Part shown: positions 35,041 through 48,999 of the stretch, piece by piece
Numbering within the stretch: the first letter of the stretch is position 1
How the letters are laid out: every line of letters starts with the position of its first letter
Assembly (NCBI GenBank): GCA_010015805.1
Contig: ML978121.1
Coordinates: 1,674,001-1,738,000 of the forward strand
From: Rhizodiscina lignyota
Lineage: Eukaryota
Direction: 5' to 3'
DNA length: 64,000 bases
Program-made: the position numbers and the translations under genes
The notes under the pieces: model-generated
Seen by the model: only the letters and a program-made list of their open reading frames with translations
The model's database searches: none
What the model was told of the DNA's origin: nothing

Positions 35041-36080
35041 GAAGTAAATGAATGTTCCATTTAATGTCTTGGATTATTTCGAGTTAGTTTCGAGACGTTG
35101 GTCGATATGTGTTCGGTTTCGTTAGATTGTTGTAGAGTCTAAAATATCAACTGTAGAGTTTCGTACTTGAAATAAGTCGTCCGGTGATTTGCAGAATCGA
35201 CAAGTGAAATGTGCAGTGCCACAACATGCTGCATCTTACTAGGGAGGCAGATTTGTCTCTGATGTGGCCCCTCTGCGCTAAAGAGTGATTCCACAGCATT
35301 GCATTGCTCGAGGAGCTGTAGGTTCGCCGTTGATGGCGGAGTCTACTCTTGAAGCTACTAGTGAGAGGATGTCATCTAACAATGTATTAACAACGAAAAC
35401 ACAGAGACGAAATAGATGCACGATCGCCCGCATTACTTATAACAGAGATAATGCGAGTCGCATGCACAGCGCCCGGATGCAGAGAGAGATGGAGAGGCTG
35501 AGGTACGAACTACGAAGCGAAGGCACGACAGGGCAGCGCCGCAGGTACCCACCCTGGAGCAGCGTAAGACGCGATCCTTCGGGGGTTGATACATATTCAT
35601 ATCGTCCTGCGCACCTCCTCCTCTTCTCCGTGCAAAGGTCGAGACGACGCACACACATTTGCGTCGCGAAGACGACAGAGACGCGGCGATCAAACGCGTT
35701 GCCGTCGTAAGCCTGGCTCTCTGGCTTGGCATTGTCCGTTCGCGTGAGAGATCCGGACTTGCAGCGACGCTCCTCCCCAGCAACATACATCACCACCCGT
35801 CCATCTCCGCCTTCGACGCTCTTTTCGACCTCTCACTCCCCCAAACACATCGTGTCCTCTATCCGTATCCCCTTCGTCGAGTCTCTCCACCGATTCCTGC
35901 CGCCTCCGCCTGACTCGTCCTTCCCGCGCCACCAAACGTCACCAGCCCCACCGACCACCAGTTCCCGGATTCCTGGGCAACGGCCATCTGCCTCGCACCG
36001 CCACGGCGGCCGTACCTCTCCTCGATCCTCACTTAAACATCGCAGTCCACGCCTTCACAACGGCGGCATTGTAACGGAGC

Positions 36081-37923
36081 ATGGGCCCCTTGGGCATGGC
36101 GGCTTCGCCTTCATCAACAGATAATACGGGCTCATCAGCAGCCATGTCGCACACGACCACGCAAATCTCTCCTTCCGCCTTCCAAACCATTGTAATATCA
36201 CCACAGAATCCTCTGAGTAGTAGTCCTGATGTCTCTACTGGCCTCGGAGCGGTCAGCGCAGCCGCCACGTCCACCGGCAAGGGAGTGCTGATCGGCATGC
36301 TATCCGCCTTTGGGACTGCGCTGCTGGTCTCTATCGTACTGCTTGTAATATACTTCTTCAACTTCACGCAGAGGGGGCGGATATTATTGGATCGATTGGG
36401 ACGGCCCGGAGAGTACGATGACGAACAACAGTTTGCCAAGGAGGAGGCCGAGGCTTTGGAGGAGATGGATGATATGCAACGGACAGAGTACATGAGGGCG
36501 AAAGGTACGTCGTATGCATGTTTATTGAGTATATACTACATTGGACGGTCTTATTTACACATACCCATCGCACAGCTTTTATCCAGGCCAATCCTCCCGA
36601 ATCCGCGCAAACCGATATATCGCTATCGCAGTTCTTGGCAATACAAGAAAAAGGTGTCTCAGCATGGGAGTTTGAGCCCGAACTCGAGATAGCAAATTGT
36701 TTTGTCGAAGGACGAACCCAGATTGAGTTCTTCGACAGTGAGTGCAGCGTTCAGAGCAATCTGCCTATACCAAAACAGAACGAAGTGTACTACTGGGAAG
36801 CGAAAATTTATGAGAAGCCGGAAAATACATTGATAAGCATTGGCATGACAACAAAACCGTATCCGCTATTCAGATTACCTGGTAAGCGCATTTTCCATCT
36901 TTAGTTTTGCTCCTAACCACCGAGAGCCGGATGCTGACTCGTCAATGTTTAGGATGGCACAAAACCTCCCTTGCCTACCTCTCATCAGGCCACAAACGCC
37001 AATCCTACCCCTTCCTCCACCCCTCAACCTACGGTCCTTCCTTCGTCCAAGGCGACGTCATCGGTGTCGGATATCGACCACGAACCGGCTCCGTCTTCTT
37101 CACACGAAACGGCAAGAAGCTCGACGACGTCGTACACGGCCTCAAGACGCAGAATTTCTTCCCCACAGTCGGCGCGGTGGGACCGTGCCAAGTACACGTC
37201 AATTTTGGACAGTTAGGCTTCGTCTTCATTGAGGCAAATGTCAAGAAATGGGGCTTGGCACCCATGACAGGGAGCCTCGCACCGCCTCCACCATACGGAA
37301 GCGAGCAGGGTAGCATTCTTCTCGAAGGTGGGAGGGAAGGTGTGAGAGAAGGAATGGGACTGAGTGGATATGCGGCAGCTGCAGCAGCGGCAGTATCAGG
37401 TGGCTTTGGCCACGGCCGGTCCAACTCACAGCAAATACGTCTTGTGAGGTCTGGAATGCACCCGACAAGTCCAGGGCCCCAAAGAAGTCCAACGGATATC
37501 AGTCTTGCGCAGTTAAGCCTGGTGGACTCAAATTTAACAGAGTCTGATGCAGGTGAAGGAACGAGCGGCAGTGGTCAGCTTTCAGGACCAATGGATACGA
37601 TATCAGCTGCACAGAGCACTCAAGACCTCCACAGCCCTGGCCACCCTGGACAGTCAGGCCTAGGCCTGGATTCACATATCGCAGCAATGGCAGCGGCAGG
37701 AGATATAGCACCACCCGAATACTCAAGTCCGGAGGCGAGTCCAGATGATGAGAGGCGGGTAGAGCTCGGCAGTGAGAGTGAGGCTGACAGCGAGAGGAGA
37801 CCGCTTGTGGGCAGAGTGCCTAGGAGAGGAGAACGGAGTCCACCGATACCGAGTTACGATGTTGCAGTTGCAGAGAGCCAGCGAGGAACGCCAGTTTCGC
37901 GAGGCAGAACCAACACTCGGTAG
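36081..37923 (+). CDS. SSH4: SPRY-domain membrane protein, Rsp5 adaptor
   Basis: TM helix, GRPGEYDDEQ, QEKGVSAWEF, YYWEAK, KPYPLFRLPG, FFTRNGKK, APPPPY; introns ~36505-36574 and ~36882-36952; start codon uncertain (36081/36096/36144). Confidence 0.9.
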
Positions 37924-38783
37924 AGAGGTTGAGCGGGACTTGGTCGATGTATTATGCGCAGATAGCGCTTCTACTCCTTCGTGTAGAGGGTAGTAAAGAG
38001 TTTTGATGAGCGCTTTTGATACGGGCGCGGAACAGGTGGAGTGAGCCGGCAGTACTGCTGTGTTCCTCACTACTGTCGTGCATCACGACTTTACACTACC
38101 ATGCGGCATGGCGTTGACATTTTCCTTGTCTTGTCTATATCTTGGGATGGTTGGTTGGTTGGCTGGCTGGGTTGCACTTTCTTCTTGGCGGTCGAGGCTT
38201 CGCTCATTTTCCCATGATTCCTATCTGATACCACATGATATCTCTTGTGTTTTTGCCAGCGTTGGACTATGTCAGAGTAGCTCAAGTTACCATCAGCGAA
38301 CCCCTGTGGAACCGAAATCGAAACGATATCTTGACGATTGCTGTGTATGGTTTCCTTGATTGAAGTGTGACTACAGTGTTCCTGCGCCTCGTGAACGCCT
38401 AGCTCCATCCATCGAACGCGTTTACCAGCCACTAGGGAAGCAGAACGTCGAATTATTTAAGTCGCCCTCGAAACGACAACGTAAACGTTATGCAGCCGAC
38501 GTAGTTTAGACATAGAGAAGTGAGCCCGATATGCACAAAACGCCTCCCGCTGATATGCCTTCGTTTACTCCCATCCATGTACATGAACGGTACAACAGAT
38601 ATGCAAAGAAGCCAGAACCATCCTCCCAGAGCAAGAAGAGCCAGAGAACTCGAAGGGAATTTGCACGAAATCACAAATGTAGTGTACATCATTACGTGCC
38701 ATGTACGGCGCGAGGATCTAAATATGTGCAAGCGATGAAATAGTCCAAGTCGGACCGGAAAGCGGAAAGCGAGGCTCAGTGAG

Positions 38784-41700
38784 TTAGTATCGTAGTTTCC
38801 CCAGCAGCGAAAACGCATATGCGCACTCCCTTTCACTTCGAGTCTGTCAAAAAAGTCATCGTTAGCGATTTCCGATCATACTTTGACTCGTCACTTTCGG
38901 AATTTCTCAGTCATCCGCGACTCCCCTACAATCTCGTAACATCTCGTTCCCACCAAGAAACGAACAACAAAATCAAACACATTACGTACCTGGAGCATAT
39001 ACGTCTTCACTACGCCGGGCGCAACTCCTCCTCTTGCCGCCACTGGCGCCTCGATGCGTTCCCATACGCTCACTGCGACGCCAGTGCGGCCAACCCGCTC
39101 GAAACAGCTCTCCCCCAGCGTGACATCGAGCAGTATCTCGCCCTTCGTCTTGCCCTGTACCAGGATGCGCTTCTGCGGGCCTGTCTGCAATCCTCTGGGG
39201 CTATTAGAATTCTGTGTGATCATAACCGGCGGCGCGGAGTTAGCCGAATGCGCCGCGCTCGAGTTTGTAGATGAGGATGGCGCGGTTGATGCTGCGCCCG
39301 CGCCGGAGGCATTGCGATACTGTGGTGTGGGCGGAGTAGGTGGAGGCGCGGGCTGCATGATATTGAGCTTCGTCTGGCCGAGATCGCGCCATCTATTGTT
39401 CGTCTCGCGGATATAGAGCCTCGCTTTGACGCTCGCAATCGTTCCGGGTGGCAAGTTTTCAGCCTCTGCCGCAAAAGCCGCGCCCAAGGACGCGCGCTTT
39501 CTGGCATCCGTACCGACAGGAGGAGTGCTGGCACCGGAGCCAGATAGAGAATCACTGTTGCCCGTACTGCCGCCTGAGCTGCGCTTCCAACTCACGCTGC
39601 TGCGCGCGACGTTGAAGAGTTTGCCTCCGCCGCTGAAGCGCTTCATTGCACTGAACATGGATGCGGAGGAGCGAATACTGCTCTCGCTCATCGCGTTGGT
39701 ACTTGCAGCACGTGTGCTGTTGGCGCGATAGCTCTTGCTCTTGTTGCTGCCGCCAAACTGCCACCAGCTGCTATTACCCGTAGCGCTACTCGCCCTTGCA
39801 GCATTTTGCCGATCCATCGCCTCGGCCCAAGACATTTGCGCCTGCGAGCCTCGTGCATTCTGCAGTGCAATGTAGGTTGGATTGTTGATGCGGGCATAGT
39901 TGATGAGGTTGTACAAGGCCTCGCATTCCTCCGGCGAGCGAGAGCGGAGCATGATATTGTTTCCTGCCTTGGCAAGAAGAGAGTTTTCCGTTGGTGGAGA
40001 GCGGATAGAGATGTCGACAGCAGTACCACGGCGAAGAGGAACTAAAGGCGTGAGTTCAAGCCCGACGAGCGGCCGGCCGGTAGGGACGGATGAATCACTC
40101 GGAGCTTGTGAGGCAGCTCCTGCCTCTTTCTTCTCCAAGGAGTGAGCAGCACTCATCTCAAAGGCTTGGATAAGACCCGGTGTGATGACAATGCTGCATT
40201 CGTCTGGGTGGAGTGATTCCCAGTGTCCCTTGTCTGACCACGCAAATATAGACGCAATCGTCTTTGAGGCCTTTGTGGCTTGCTCTGGAACTGTACGATA
40301 AGGAGCCTGCGATGCAGACTGTGACGGAGCCACAGTACCGCCTGGAGGAGAGTACAATGTCTCAGGTGGCGTTGGCGGCTTCTCGGGTTTCTTAAGGAGC
40401 CCAAGTGGGACATCATCGTCATCAAGCTCACTCTCAGACGATATGGAATCGTCATCGGACGCCGATTCTTCTGTTTCTGAAGCTGACTCGCTTGCTGTGG
40501 AAGGTTGATATTCGTGCTTGAGGGGTGAGGACGTCCGACGGTGAGTCTTCTTTCCAGGCGGCGTGGGTGTAAGCTGCGTTGCAGGTGAGCCTCGAAGAGG
40601 AAGGGTGACAGAAGCGCGATGAGGAGGTGGCGCCGGTGGACTCGACGGTGGGCTTGTTGGTGGGTTTCCCGATAGCTTTTCCCGCTCAGGACTCCTTGAT
40701 GCCCGCTTATACCGCGCCGGAAGTTCTTTCTGAAGCTTAGACGGCGCGGAAGCCGGTGGCTCCTTGGCTTTTACTGCTGCTTGCGATTCAGTTGATGGAC
40801 CCTCCTTGATCGGTGTTTGAGGAACGCTGTTCTGGCTAGCTTTGCGCAGCTTTGGGATCGTAGGCAGATCAAGCGTTGGGACGGAGGAGGCGCGACGGTG
40901 GAGATCAGGACGTGGTTTTTGTAGTTTCTTGGGAAGGATCTTGACCTCATCTTCGCTTTCTGACTCGGAAGATTCCTCATTGCCAGATGGAGGATACCAC
41001 ACGCTATAACCCTTGCTCTCCTGAGATTTGGCACCGGGTGTAGCTGGTGCTGAAGATGCTGCATCCCCCCTCCTCGAAGCTTGGCGATGCTTCGGCGCGC
41101 CATCTTGATAAGAATTGCGCCGGCCTTCCGAAGGACGAGTGGGCTCTTCGTCAGCGGGAGATGAGGAGTAATGGCGTGACAGCCTCTTCGCCTTGCTCCT
41201 CTTCAGGGTTGGAGAACCATTTCCGGTAAGATTGAGGAATGCTTCTTTTATGCTTTTGAACGGTGAGTCGGACTCGTAGCCATCACGGTCATCTGATCTC
41301 TTTTGCGCTATATCCTTATCGCCAGACCGTCGGCGGGTTGGTGTTGCATCGATTGAATTGTCGGACTTTGTGGACCTTGGCTCCCGGTAATGCTCCTCGG
41401 ATGGAGGTGTGATGGGAGACACTGGAGAAGGTGACCTCTTAGTTGACTCTGGTGCCATCTTCGACCACCGTTTTGATGTGGCACCCGCCTTTTCGCCAAT
41501 AGGAATTTCAATCTCCCTTGGGCTCGGTGTCCGACTCTTCTGCAGTGGCGTCGATGCTGTATCCACAGTTAAGTAGGACGATGAAATAGTGCTGCTTGGT
41601 GCAGTGCTGCTTGGTGCATGGCTGCTTATAGGGCGCTCCGACTTAGTCATAAAGCTCTTCGCTCTTGTAAGGTGCGGAGGCACAGGTGTGACTCCAAGCA

Positions 41701-44700
41701 TCTCTATCCACTCCAGCACCGCTTGTTCATCGTTCATGGTCAGTGACAATAGCTCGCGCCATTCCTGCGCGGTCGAGTCGACGCCGCGCACCATTAGGAT
41801 GATCTGATCTGGCGCGTCTCCTCTCCTGGCGGATACACGAGAGCGCTGAATGGGTGGGAAAAACAACCAGCGGCCCTTGCCATCGATTTCACAGATCAGT
41901 AAATCCCCAGCGTGGTTTTCTGCCTTCTGGCCAGACGTCTCATCCCGCATCAAAATCTCTATTCTGCAGTCGATCTCTTGCCCGCTCGAATGCAATAGAT
42001 GCATGTCGAAATAATCACGTGCTTTGACGAATTGCTTCGGATCGATGGAAACTCCAGCTAGCGGAGCTAATGATTTCAGATCTCGTGCTCTTGTAGGATC
42101 GATATTTGCAGCAGCTTCGTCTTCTAGTCTTGCACGTTCTTCGTTCGTCCGATTGCGTGCCAGGATGACGATATTCTGATAGGCGTCCGCGAGTTTTGCC
42201 GCCTGGTCGGATGGCTTGAGGATGTTAATGCCTTTCAAAGTCTTTGAGAGATATTTGACTCTCACGAGTGGCCTCTTAAGCAGAAATGCCACGTCCACTC
42301 TCTCCCCGTCCGCGTTCACAATATCTCCATCTTCATTTTGCGGAAGGCGATCTTCCCATGCAGTGTCATCACCGCCCTTGCCGGCAGCGTCTTTGTCGGC
42401 CGGCGCAAGGTTGACAACAACATCTTGAAAACCCAGTCGCCAGGCTTTGACATAATCGGTATACACCTTCTGTGCGTTTTGTGCCCAAGTCAACAGAGCA
42501 TCTGAATCACCTTGCGGGATGCGCCTGTGCACACTCTTGAGTCTCTCTAGTGCGACACCCATCTCCACAATTGGCTGGGTGACATTCGCGTCCTTGCCGT
42601 TCGTAGAACGGCTGAATAAGCCAGCAGCAACGGCAGAATCGGCCTTTGAAAGTACACAGCTAAGAAGCACGGGGATGACTCCGTCCACAAGTGTACGAAG
42701 CTCACGCATGTACTTCGCCTCGTCAGAGCCAAGCTCGTCCATTAGATCCGCCATGGTTGCTGTAGCCAGTCTGCTCCGGTTCGTTCGTATGCTGCGTGCA
42801 GACACAATGCTTTTGCCCGTACGAGGTAGTGACAAGACAGACATGAGGTCAGCGTGTTTCGTCAGTCTTCGTTTGAGGCTGGTTTGGTTCCCTTTGAGAG
42901 TAGGTGCGGAGCTTTCAGCGTTAGACCCGCCCGCCTCAGATTCCGCGGCTTTATTGTGATTCTCATCTTGCGTAATAGTTGGAGCGGCCTCTGAGCCTTC
43001 TGCAATTGACGGTGCCGCATTCTGGGCCTTTGTGGTGAATGTTTCCACTGAGGCAATAGTTGATAGTCGCTTCCCTGTGGTTGGGAACGCACGTTTCAGT
43101 GGAAATGAGCCACGTCGCGGACCAACTTCATTTCCTGCAGGCTGGAAACTCGGAGGATCAATTGAGGATGATGTGACCGAAGAAGCAACATCGTCGACGG
43201 CGGAAGTTGAATGTTGAGGAGGTGGGGGCGCAGATGACGCTGTAGATGCTGTGTAATCAGAAGGTTCTTGAGGTGACGATTCTCTCAGTGGTGAGGCGAT
43301 GTGTTCCTTAACTGGGGAATGAGAATGATTTCGACGAGCTCTGCTCCGCTTTAATGTCGACGCGGATGCGCTTGAGGAGTATTCGGTCTGGATCTCCGGG
43401 TCCGCATCGCGTGCCTCACTTGGTGTTTTTGGCGTTTCCGGCGTCTTCGGTGAGCTCGATGCCTCGGGGATATATTTGGACTTTGGCCGGGTATCATATG
43501 TCCGGAGACGAGCTCTGCGTCTTTCTCGCTCTGCCCGATTTTGTGCGTTTGAGATAGCATCTGAGGGAGCCACAGTATCCGTGAACGAACTACTGGTAAA
43601 GTATGAAGAAGCGAGGTATGAAGAAGAGACATCAGAGCGCGCAGCGGGCTTAGACGGTGCAGAAGAGGAGCGGCCATCTTCAACAAATGGATCTTGAGTG
43701 CCTGTAAGCCACGCCTCGACCCGATTGCCAAACACCTTTGGAGCCGGTGCTGTAGCTGGAGCGGGAGCGGGAACTGGAGCAGGAACCGTCTGTGGAGATG
43801 GTGCAGGCAGAGGATCTGACTGAACCTCCGATGCTTGTTGCTTGATGGATGGACTGTGACTAGACTTTGGCCGCTCGCTTCGTTTCTTCTTGGATGATCT
43901 GATCCGGTCTGGTGTCTCTGTGGGAGCAGCGGGAGCATTGCGTGGAGATTCTGAGACTTCGTCTGATGGTATGGTCGGGGTATAGCTGAAATTGCGTTGC
44001 TTAAGGGACCTCTGAAGGCGACGACGCTCGACACCACCTTCATCATCTTCGTCTGCTGGGGATTTATCTGGTACATTCCGCTCACGAAGTGATCTCTTCA
44101 GCCTTCGGAGCTCAACGTCGGCACCCTCATCATCTGCAGGCGATGCTGAGTCTGCCAATGGCTCACTCTTTCCTCGACTGAATGCTCTGTCGCGTCTTGA
44201 CGATCGTCTTGGGGTGTGTTTTTCCGGAGGAGGTGAGGTTGATCGCACTCGTTCTTTGCGACTTGATCTCTCGGGTGTGTGTTTTTCCAGCGATGGAATC
44301 ACAGCGGGAGGTGAAAGAGATCTTGGACGTTCCCTGCGGCTCTTCCGTTTTGGTTTGAGAGGCTCGATTGGTGCAATCAGTGGTAGAGGAGGTGCTGCTG
44401 GTGAAACAGATCGTGTACGGCGATTTGCTCCATGATCGCTGTCGTGTCGTTTTGCAACTAGCTCCGCTGCTCTCTCTCGTGGATCTCTTGTGTCCATCGG
44501 ACTACTTGCCCGCTTTCTGGTTGGTTTGGGGATATCTAGACTCTCGTCTCCAGCCTTCCATGACATATCGCTGACTTGGCGTCTACCACGTCGCGACGCT
44601 GTACGAGGATCAGATGCACGTTCCTCTTCATCAGCAGATTTTGAAGGTCGTGATTTCTTCCTCGAATGCCACGTTGAATTATCGCCAATCTCGTCACCAG

Positions 44701-45565
44701 ACTTGGAATATCGAGAGTTCTTCGCTGACCCTGGCGCTGAACTCCCATCAACTTCATCCCAGGACTTTGATGTTCGGGATTTTCTCGAGGACTGCGAATG
44801 TGGAATTGGAGTTTCCTCGACCTCGTTGATCCAAGCTGCAATGCCCGTAGGCTTTCGTGCAGGTGTCTCTGGTGTCTTGTCTTGCTTCTTAGGACGCGTT
44901 GTTTTCTTTACTGGCGAAAGTGGAGCAAGCGGCACAATCTCTCGCTCCTCGTCTGACTTTGGCTTTACGGGCTTTCGCACCCAACCAAGTTCTGGTCCAG
45001 CCGGAGAGTCTTCTTGCGGCTCATCCTGCGGAATCTCGTCCTTCAGCTTTTTCCGCACCCAAACAGCTTCCAATTCAGGTCCTGATTCCTCCTCCTGTAC
45101 CTGTACCTGTACCTCTTCCTTTGCCTTTTTGCGAACCCACACCCCTTCGGGCTTTTCTGGAGGCGGCGGTGGCGGCGGATCGGGCTTCGGCACTTTCTTT
45201 ACCCAGTGTGCATCGCTAACGATGCGCTTCTTCGGTGCCACGGCTCTTTTCACGTCTTCATCGACCACCGGGCGCGCAGGGCTGCCTTTGGCACCGGCGA
45301 TCTTCTTCTTCGGTGACGTCTGCCTCTCGGCAGACAGTGCAGGCTTGTCATCGCTCTCAGACTCAATCGCGAGCTCATCTATAATCGCGGCAACTCCACC
45401 ACCCTCCGTCTGCCATTTTCTAATCTTGTCTTGAGTGCTCGTTTCTCCATGTGGACCAATTGGACTCCCCAGATTGAGCTTCTTTGGTGATCCATCTTTT
45501 TCGGGGCTGTTTTCTCTCGGGTTTGCGGTCGATTTGCGCCGGACTTGGACAACTGGAGCTGGCAT
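38784..45565 (-). CDS. Very large (~2210 aa) low-complexity protein with conserved central (DH/PH-like) and C-terminal folded regions
   Basis: ELGSDEAKYMRELRTLVDGVIPVLL, VDVAFLLKRPLVR, LELTPLVPLRRGTAVDISIRS; intron 38844-38989 and last exon TRSERECAYAFSLLGKLRY*; domain names are inference. Confidence 0.85.
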
Positions 45566-46322
45566 CGGTATCCTGTTGCTTAAGAATCACTTGTTAGCCT
45601 CCCAAAGTGTCTCAGTATTGTCCGATAGCAGCGCGTTCGAATGTTTATTTACCTCTTCACCAGGCCGCAACAGCCTCTGCTCTCCAGACAATAGGAAATC
45701 CGCTGTGGCGCAACCTCCTCAAGCGTGCCAATTGCTTATCTGAAGTCATGGAAGCTTCATTAGTCGTGTCGTGAAGTGGTTGTTGTCGCGGCGCAGTCCC
45801 GGTGTTGTCTTGGACACTCCGCCGCGGGTGGTGGGTAGGCCGGCGACTTTCCCAGGCGACGACGGCAGCCAAACTAACTTGAGACGTGAATCCGGAAAGA
45901 CGTCTGGGCGCCGCGTTTGCGCTCGATGGAAAGCTGCAGGTGAAGTGTCGCTTTAGAGGATATGTAGTGCGAAGGAAGTCGGTGAATTGCATTGTAAACA
46001 AAGCTGGCTGAGCCTGCGTAAGTCGTGCCCGTGCCACCCCTGCACTATCGTAGCTCAGGATAGCTGCCGCGCCGATCTTTGGAGATAGAGTTGGCCAATC
46101 TCAAGCGACCAAACAACGCGTGCGAAAGCGCGTTTCAGACTCGTCTATCATTTATGCAGGCGTTATCAGTGCCATATAGAATGCATCACAGCCGTGGGCC
46201 TTTACAGGTATGCCATTAAGCGTATAAGCTATATATTTCAGGTATCCTATATACCTTTGCCAGCTTCTAGCCAAAGCGTCTAGCCAAAGTCCTCCCTGAC
46301 ATCTTCCACATCCACCAAAGTC

Positions 46323-47079
46323 CTAATACGACCATACAGGCGGGGTGGGACCCGTGTAGTTGTGAGTTCCCATCCCGACCAACTCCACACAACCTGTACG
46401 ATTGAATTCCGGCGTCACTGCGTAGACGCTCGTCACGTTTGTATTGTACTCGTTCGGGCAAGCCATTACCCCTCCCCGGGTCGCATTTGGCGCCTTGAAG
46501 TCGAAGTATCCGCTGGGAATGTCGCAGTTGTAGAGATCATTATTCCGAGGGCAGCCGGGGAGCTGCTTCGCTGTTTGTCCTGTTGGTTTCAAGAGAGGCG
46601 TCCACGTCCATCCATAGTACTCCGGCCAAGAGCCTGGCGGGAAGGAGTGCGAATGCTGAACGGTGATCGAAATGAGGCCGTCGACGTTGACGTAGAGATC
46701 CTGACCGCCGGGAACTTCGGAGTCCTATGAATTCACGTGAGCTCACATACTGGACAGCAAGTGCCGACAAATGATTGAGCTCACATACTGGATAGAGAGT
46801 GCCGACAAACACTGTGTCCGTCCCGTTCGGGCACAGACTTGACTGGTTGCCAACAAAAGGACAGTAGGTGGATACATTGGCTTGGAACAAATTCAAGGCG
46901 CCACCCCAGTTGATTTTCAGACCGTTGAGCGTCGTGTTATGAGAAGCATATGCAGTAAGAGTGTACTGGTTCGATAGCGTATTATTCTGTGCACGAGAAA
47001 CTAGTCGATATGTGTCCTGCGCGAGTGCAAGAGGCAGGCACATCAATTGCGCAATGATTGAGGAAGAAAGAAGAATCAT
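46323..47079 (-). CDS. Secreted small cell-wall / IgE-binding-like protein
   Basis: Signal peptide, TYCP...CP, DSEVPGGQDLYV, FTVQHS, MACP; intron 46725-46788. Confidence 0.82.
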
Positions 47080-47631
47080 CGTGACAGTTGGGATTGTTGT
47101 TTGCCACTGACCTGGCGGTGCTGCTGGTGAGAGGCACCTTTATATGCGCTGGCTCTAGATACATCAGGAAGGCGTAAGGCATGAAACAATACTTCGCTAT
47201 GCACAGATCGCTCGTATCAAGGACATATTCGCTCATTGTGCGAATAGGGCCATGAATGGTTGGCGAAGAAACCTGTATGGTTAATTAAGATCCCAGGCGC
47301 CTTACTAATTTTAGACTTTGGTTCGCCACTGGTCGATCGTATCGCCTTCAAGAACTTGACGTACGGACATTATTCGCAAGGAGCCTCAGAAGAACATCAA
47401 ACGTGCCGAAGTTTTACGACCTTGTGGAACATGTTAGGTCAAAATTACAGCAAGATCGAATGTGCATTTCAGCTGCTTTAGGCTTTCGGGTATCCGACAT
47501 TACGCAGAATACGACAGAACGCTCAAAATGTCCTGAAATGTAGGTACCACCACGTACACAGCTGCAGGCACCCTGAATCGCGAGGCGGCTGTAGCTGTTC
47601 AAATACTCGGCGAATTCGAATTCTTCGCGTG

Positions 47632-48520
47632 CTACCGTCGTGCAAGACCTCCGCGCCCTCTGCCTCTGCCGAATCTCACACTCGGCGGTACGAATTTGAG
47701 CGACGACATAGACTTCGTGATCTCCTCCATCTCGGCGTCGACTTTGAAACCTTCCACGTTACTTGTACCTGCAGTTGAAGTTTGCTTGTCGTTCTCAGAG
47801 CCAGTGGTGGTCGGTGCTGCCGCCGATTCGGTGTCGATTTCCATGGCTGTTGGAGGCAGCTGCTGTTCTTTTCCAGGCCCAGATTTTCGCGCTCTGGAAA
47901 TTGAGGCACTCCCTCCGGCAGACGCTCTCCTTCGATGGTCGGTCCTTAACATCGTTTTTCGTTTATCGATACCGTCATTGACGATAAAGAAGTCATAGTT
48001 CTTTGGGAATTGGTGTTTGATGATAGCGTGTTGCCTTCTACTGTTCGGCGTTGAACAGACTTTCTCGCAGTCTTCGACAAAACACCTATACTGAACGTAA
48101 CACTTAGTATGTTAATGTGGTCTTGAAGGGCAGACTTACGGTCTTCTCCTCTCTCGCCCTCCGCGCGTCCATTAGTGAGTCATGATTGTCCTCTATGTGA
48201 AGGCCTAGGTAGTGCTCCGATGGAAAATTCTTCCTGCATTCCAGACACCTATTCACATGAAATTTCTGATAGTGAACGTCATAGGCATCGTAGCTATCGA
48301 ATTTGAGAGGTTCGTGGGGTGGGAGAGAGCATTTTATCACAACTTCATATCGATCTTGCACTTCCCCAGAACCCAGATGCGTGTATTTTGCCGTGTGAGA
48401 TTGCTCTTCCACTGTGGATGGAGTCAATGGCCCAGTTGAGCTGCTTTCTCCAGGAGAAAGTGGGCTCTGGCTGCTCAGAGAGGCTGCAGAAGTGGATTCT
48501 GTTCGCTGGCGCTTGACCAT
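47632..48520 (-). CDS. C2H2 zinc-finger protein (ZNF511-like)
   Basis: CSLPPH, HY..FHVNRCLECRKNFPSEHYLGLHI..NHD, second exon CFVEDC..., FVPPSVRFGRG; intron ~48091-48139. Confidence 0.88.
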
Positions 48521-48999
48521 TGGCAAGTTTGATATTGGTGATGCTTTGATGAGCCAGGCGACGAATCTGTTTAAAACTCCAAATGGCTTCGGCGACAAAA
48601 CAAGCCTTGGATGATGAACATGAACGATTCAAAATTGTGTTAGTTTTTGTGAACTGTTAAACGAACATATGGGTGACGTTGATTGGGTGTCTGGATTTCG
48701 CTCCTGTATATAGCTAATGCGCTAGCCTGATTAGGGATAGCCGGTTATCGACCGCAACAACATCAAATAAGCCGCACTGTAATGGTTGATCGTGAACGTC
48801 TTCCATTGCCCCACAGTACCTAAAGTTGCTCTCGAACACTCTTCTAGTTCTTTTCCTCCTTCCTAAGGAGATCCATCGACTGCCATCAATGGATTGCAAC
48901 ACGAAGTCGGACGACGCGAATTACGACTCCCACCTCTGACCTCGCTGCTGACCGAGGGGTCGTCAATGTCCTCTCTCCACACCACCCATCCTCCTAGGA

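Noticed and set aside
44490..45434. 314-aa plus-strand ORF
   Set aside because: Antisense shadow of the low-complexity N-terminus of the giant minus-strand gene
46326..46345. atacgaccatac resembling the 5' end of fungal 5S rRNA
   Set aside because: Similarity stops after ~12 nt and is simply the antisense of the VWSY* codons of the secreted protein gene
46725..46788. Stwintron or recursive splicing at the duplicated donor
   Set aside because: Removing GTATGT..TCCAG consumes the G of the second donor and leaves CCA|TATGT, so no new donor is regenerated
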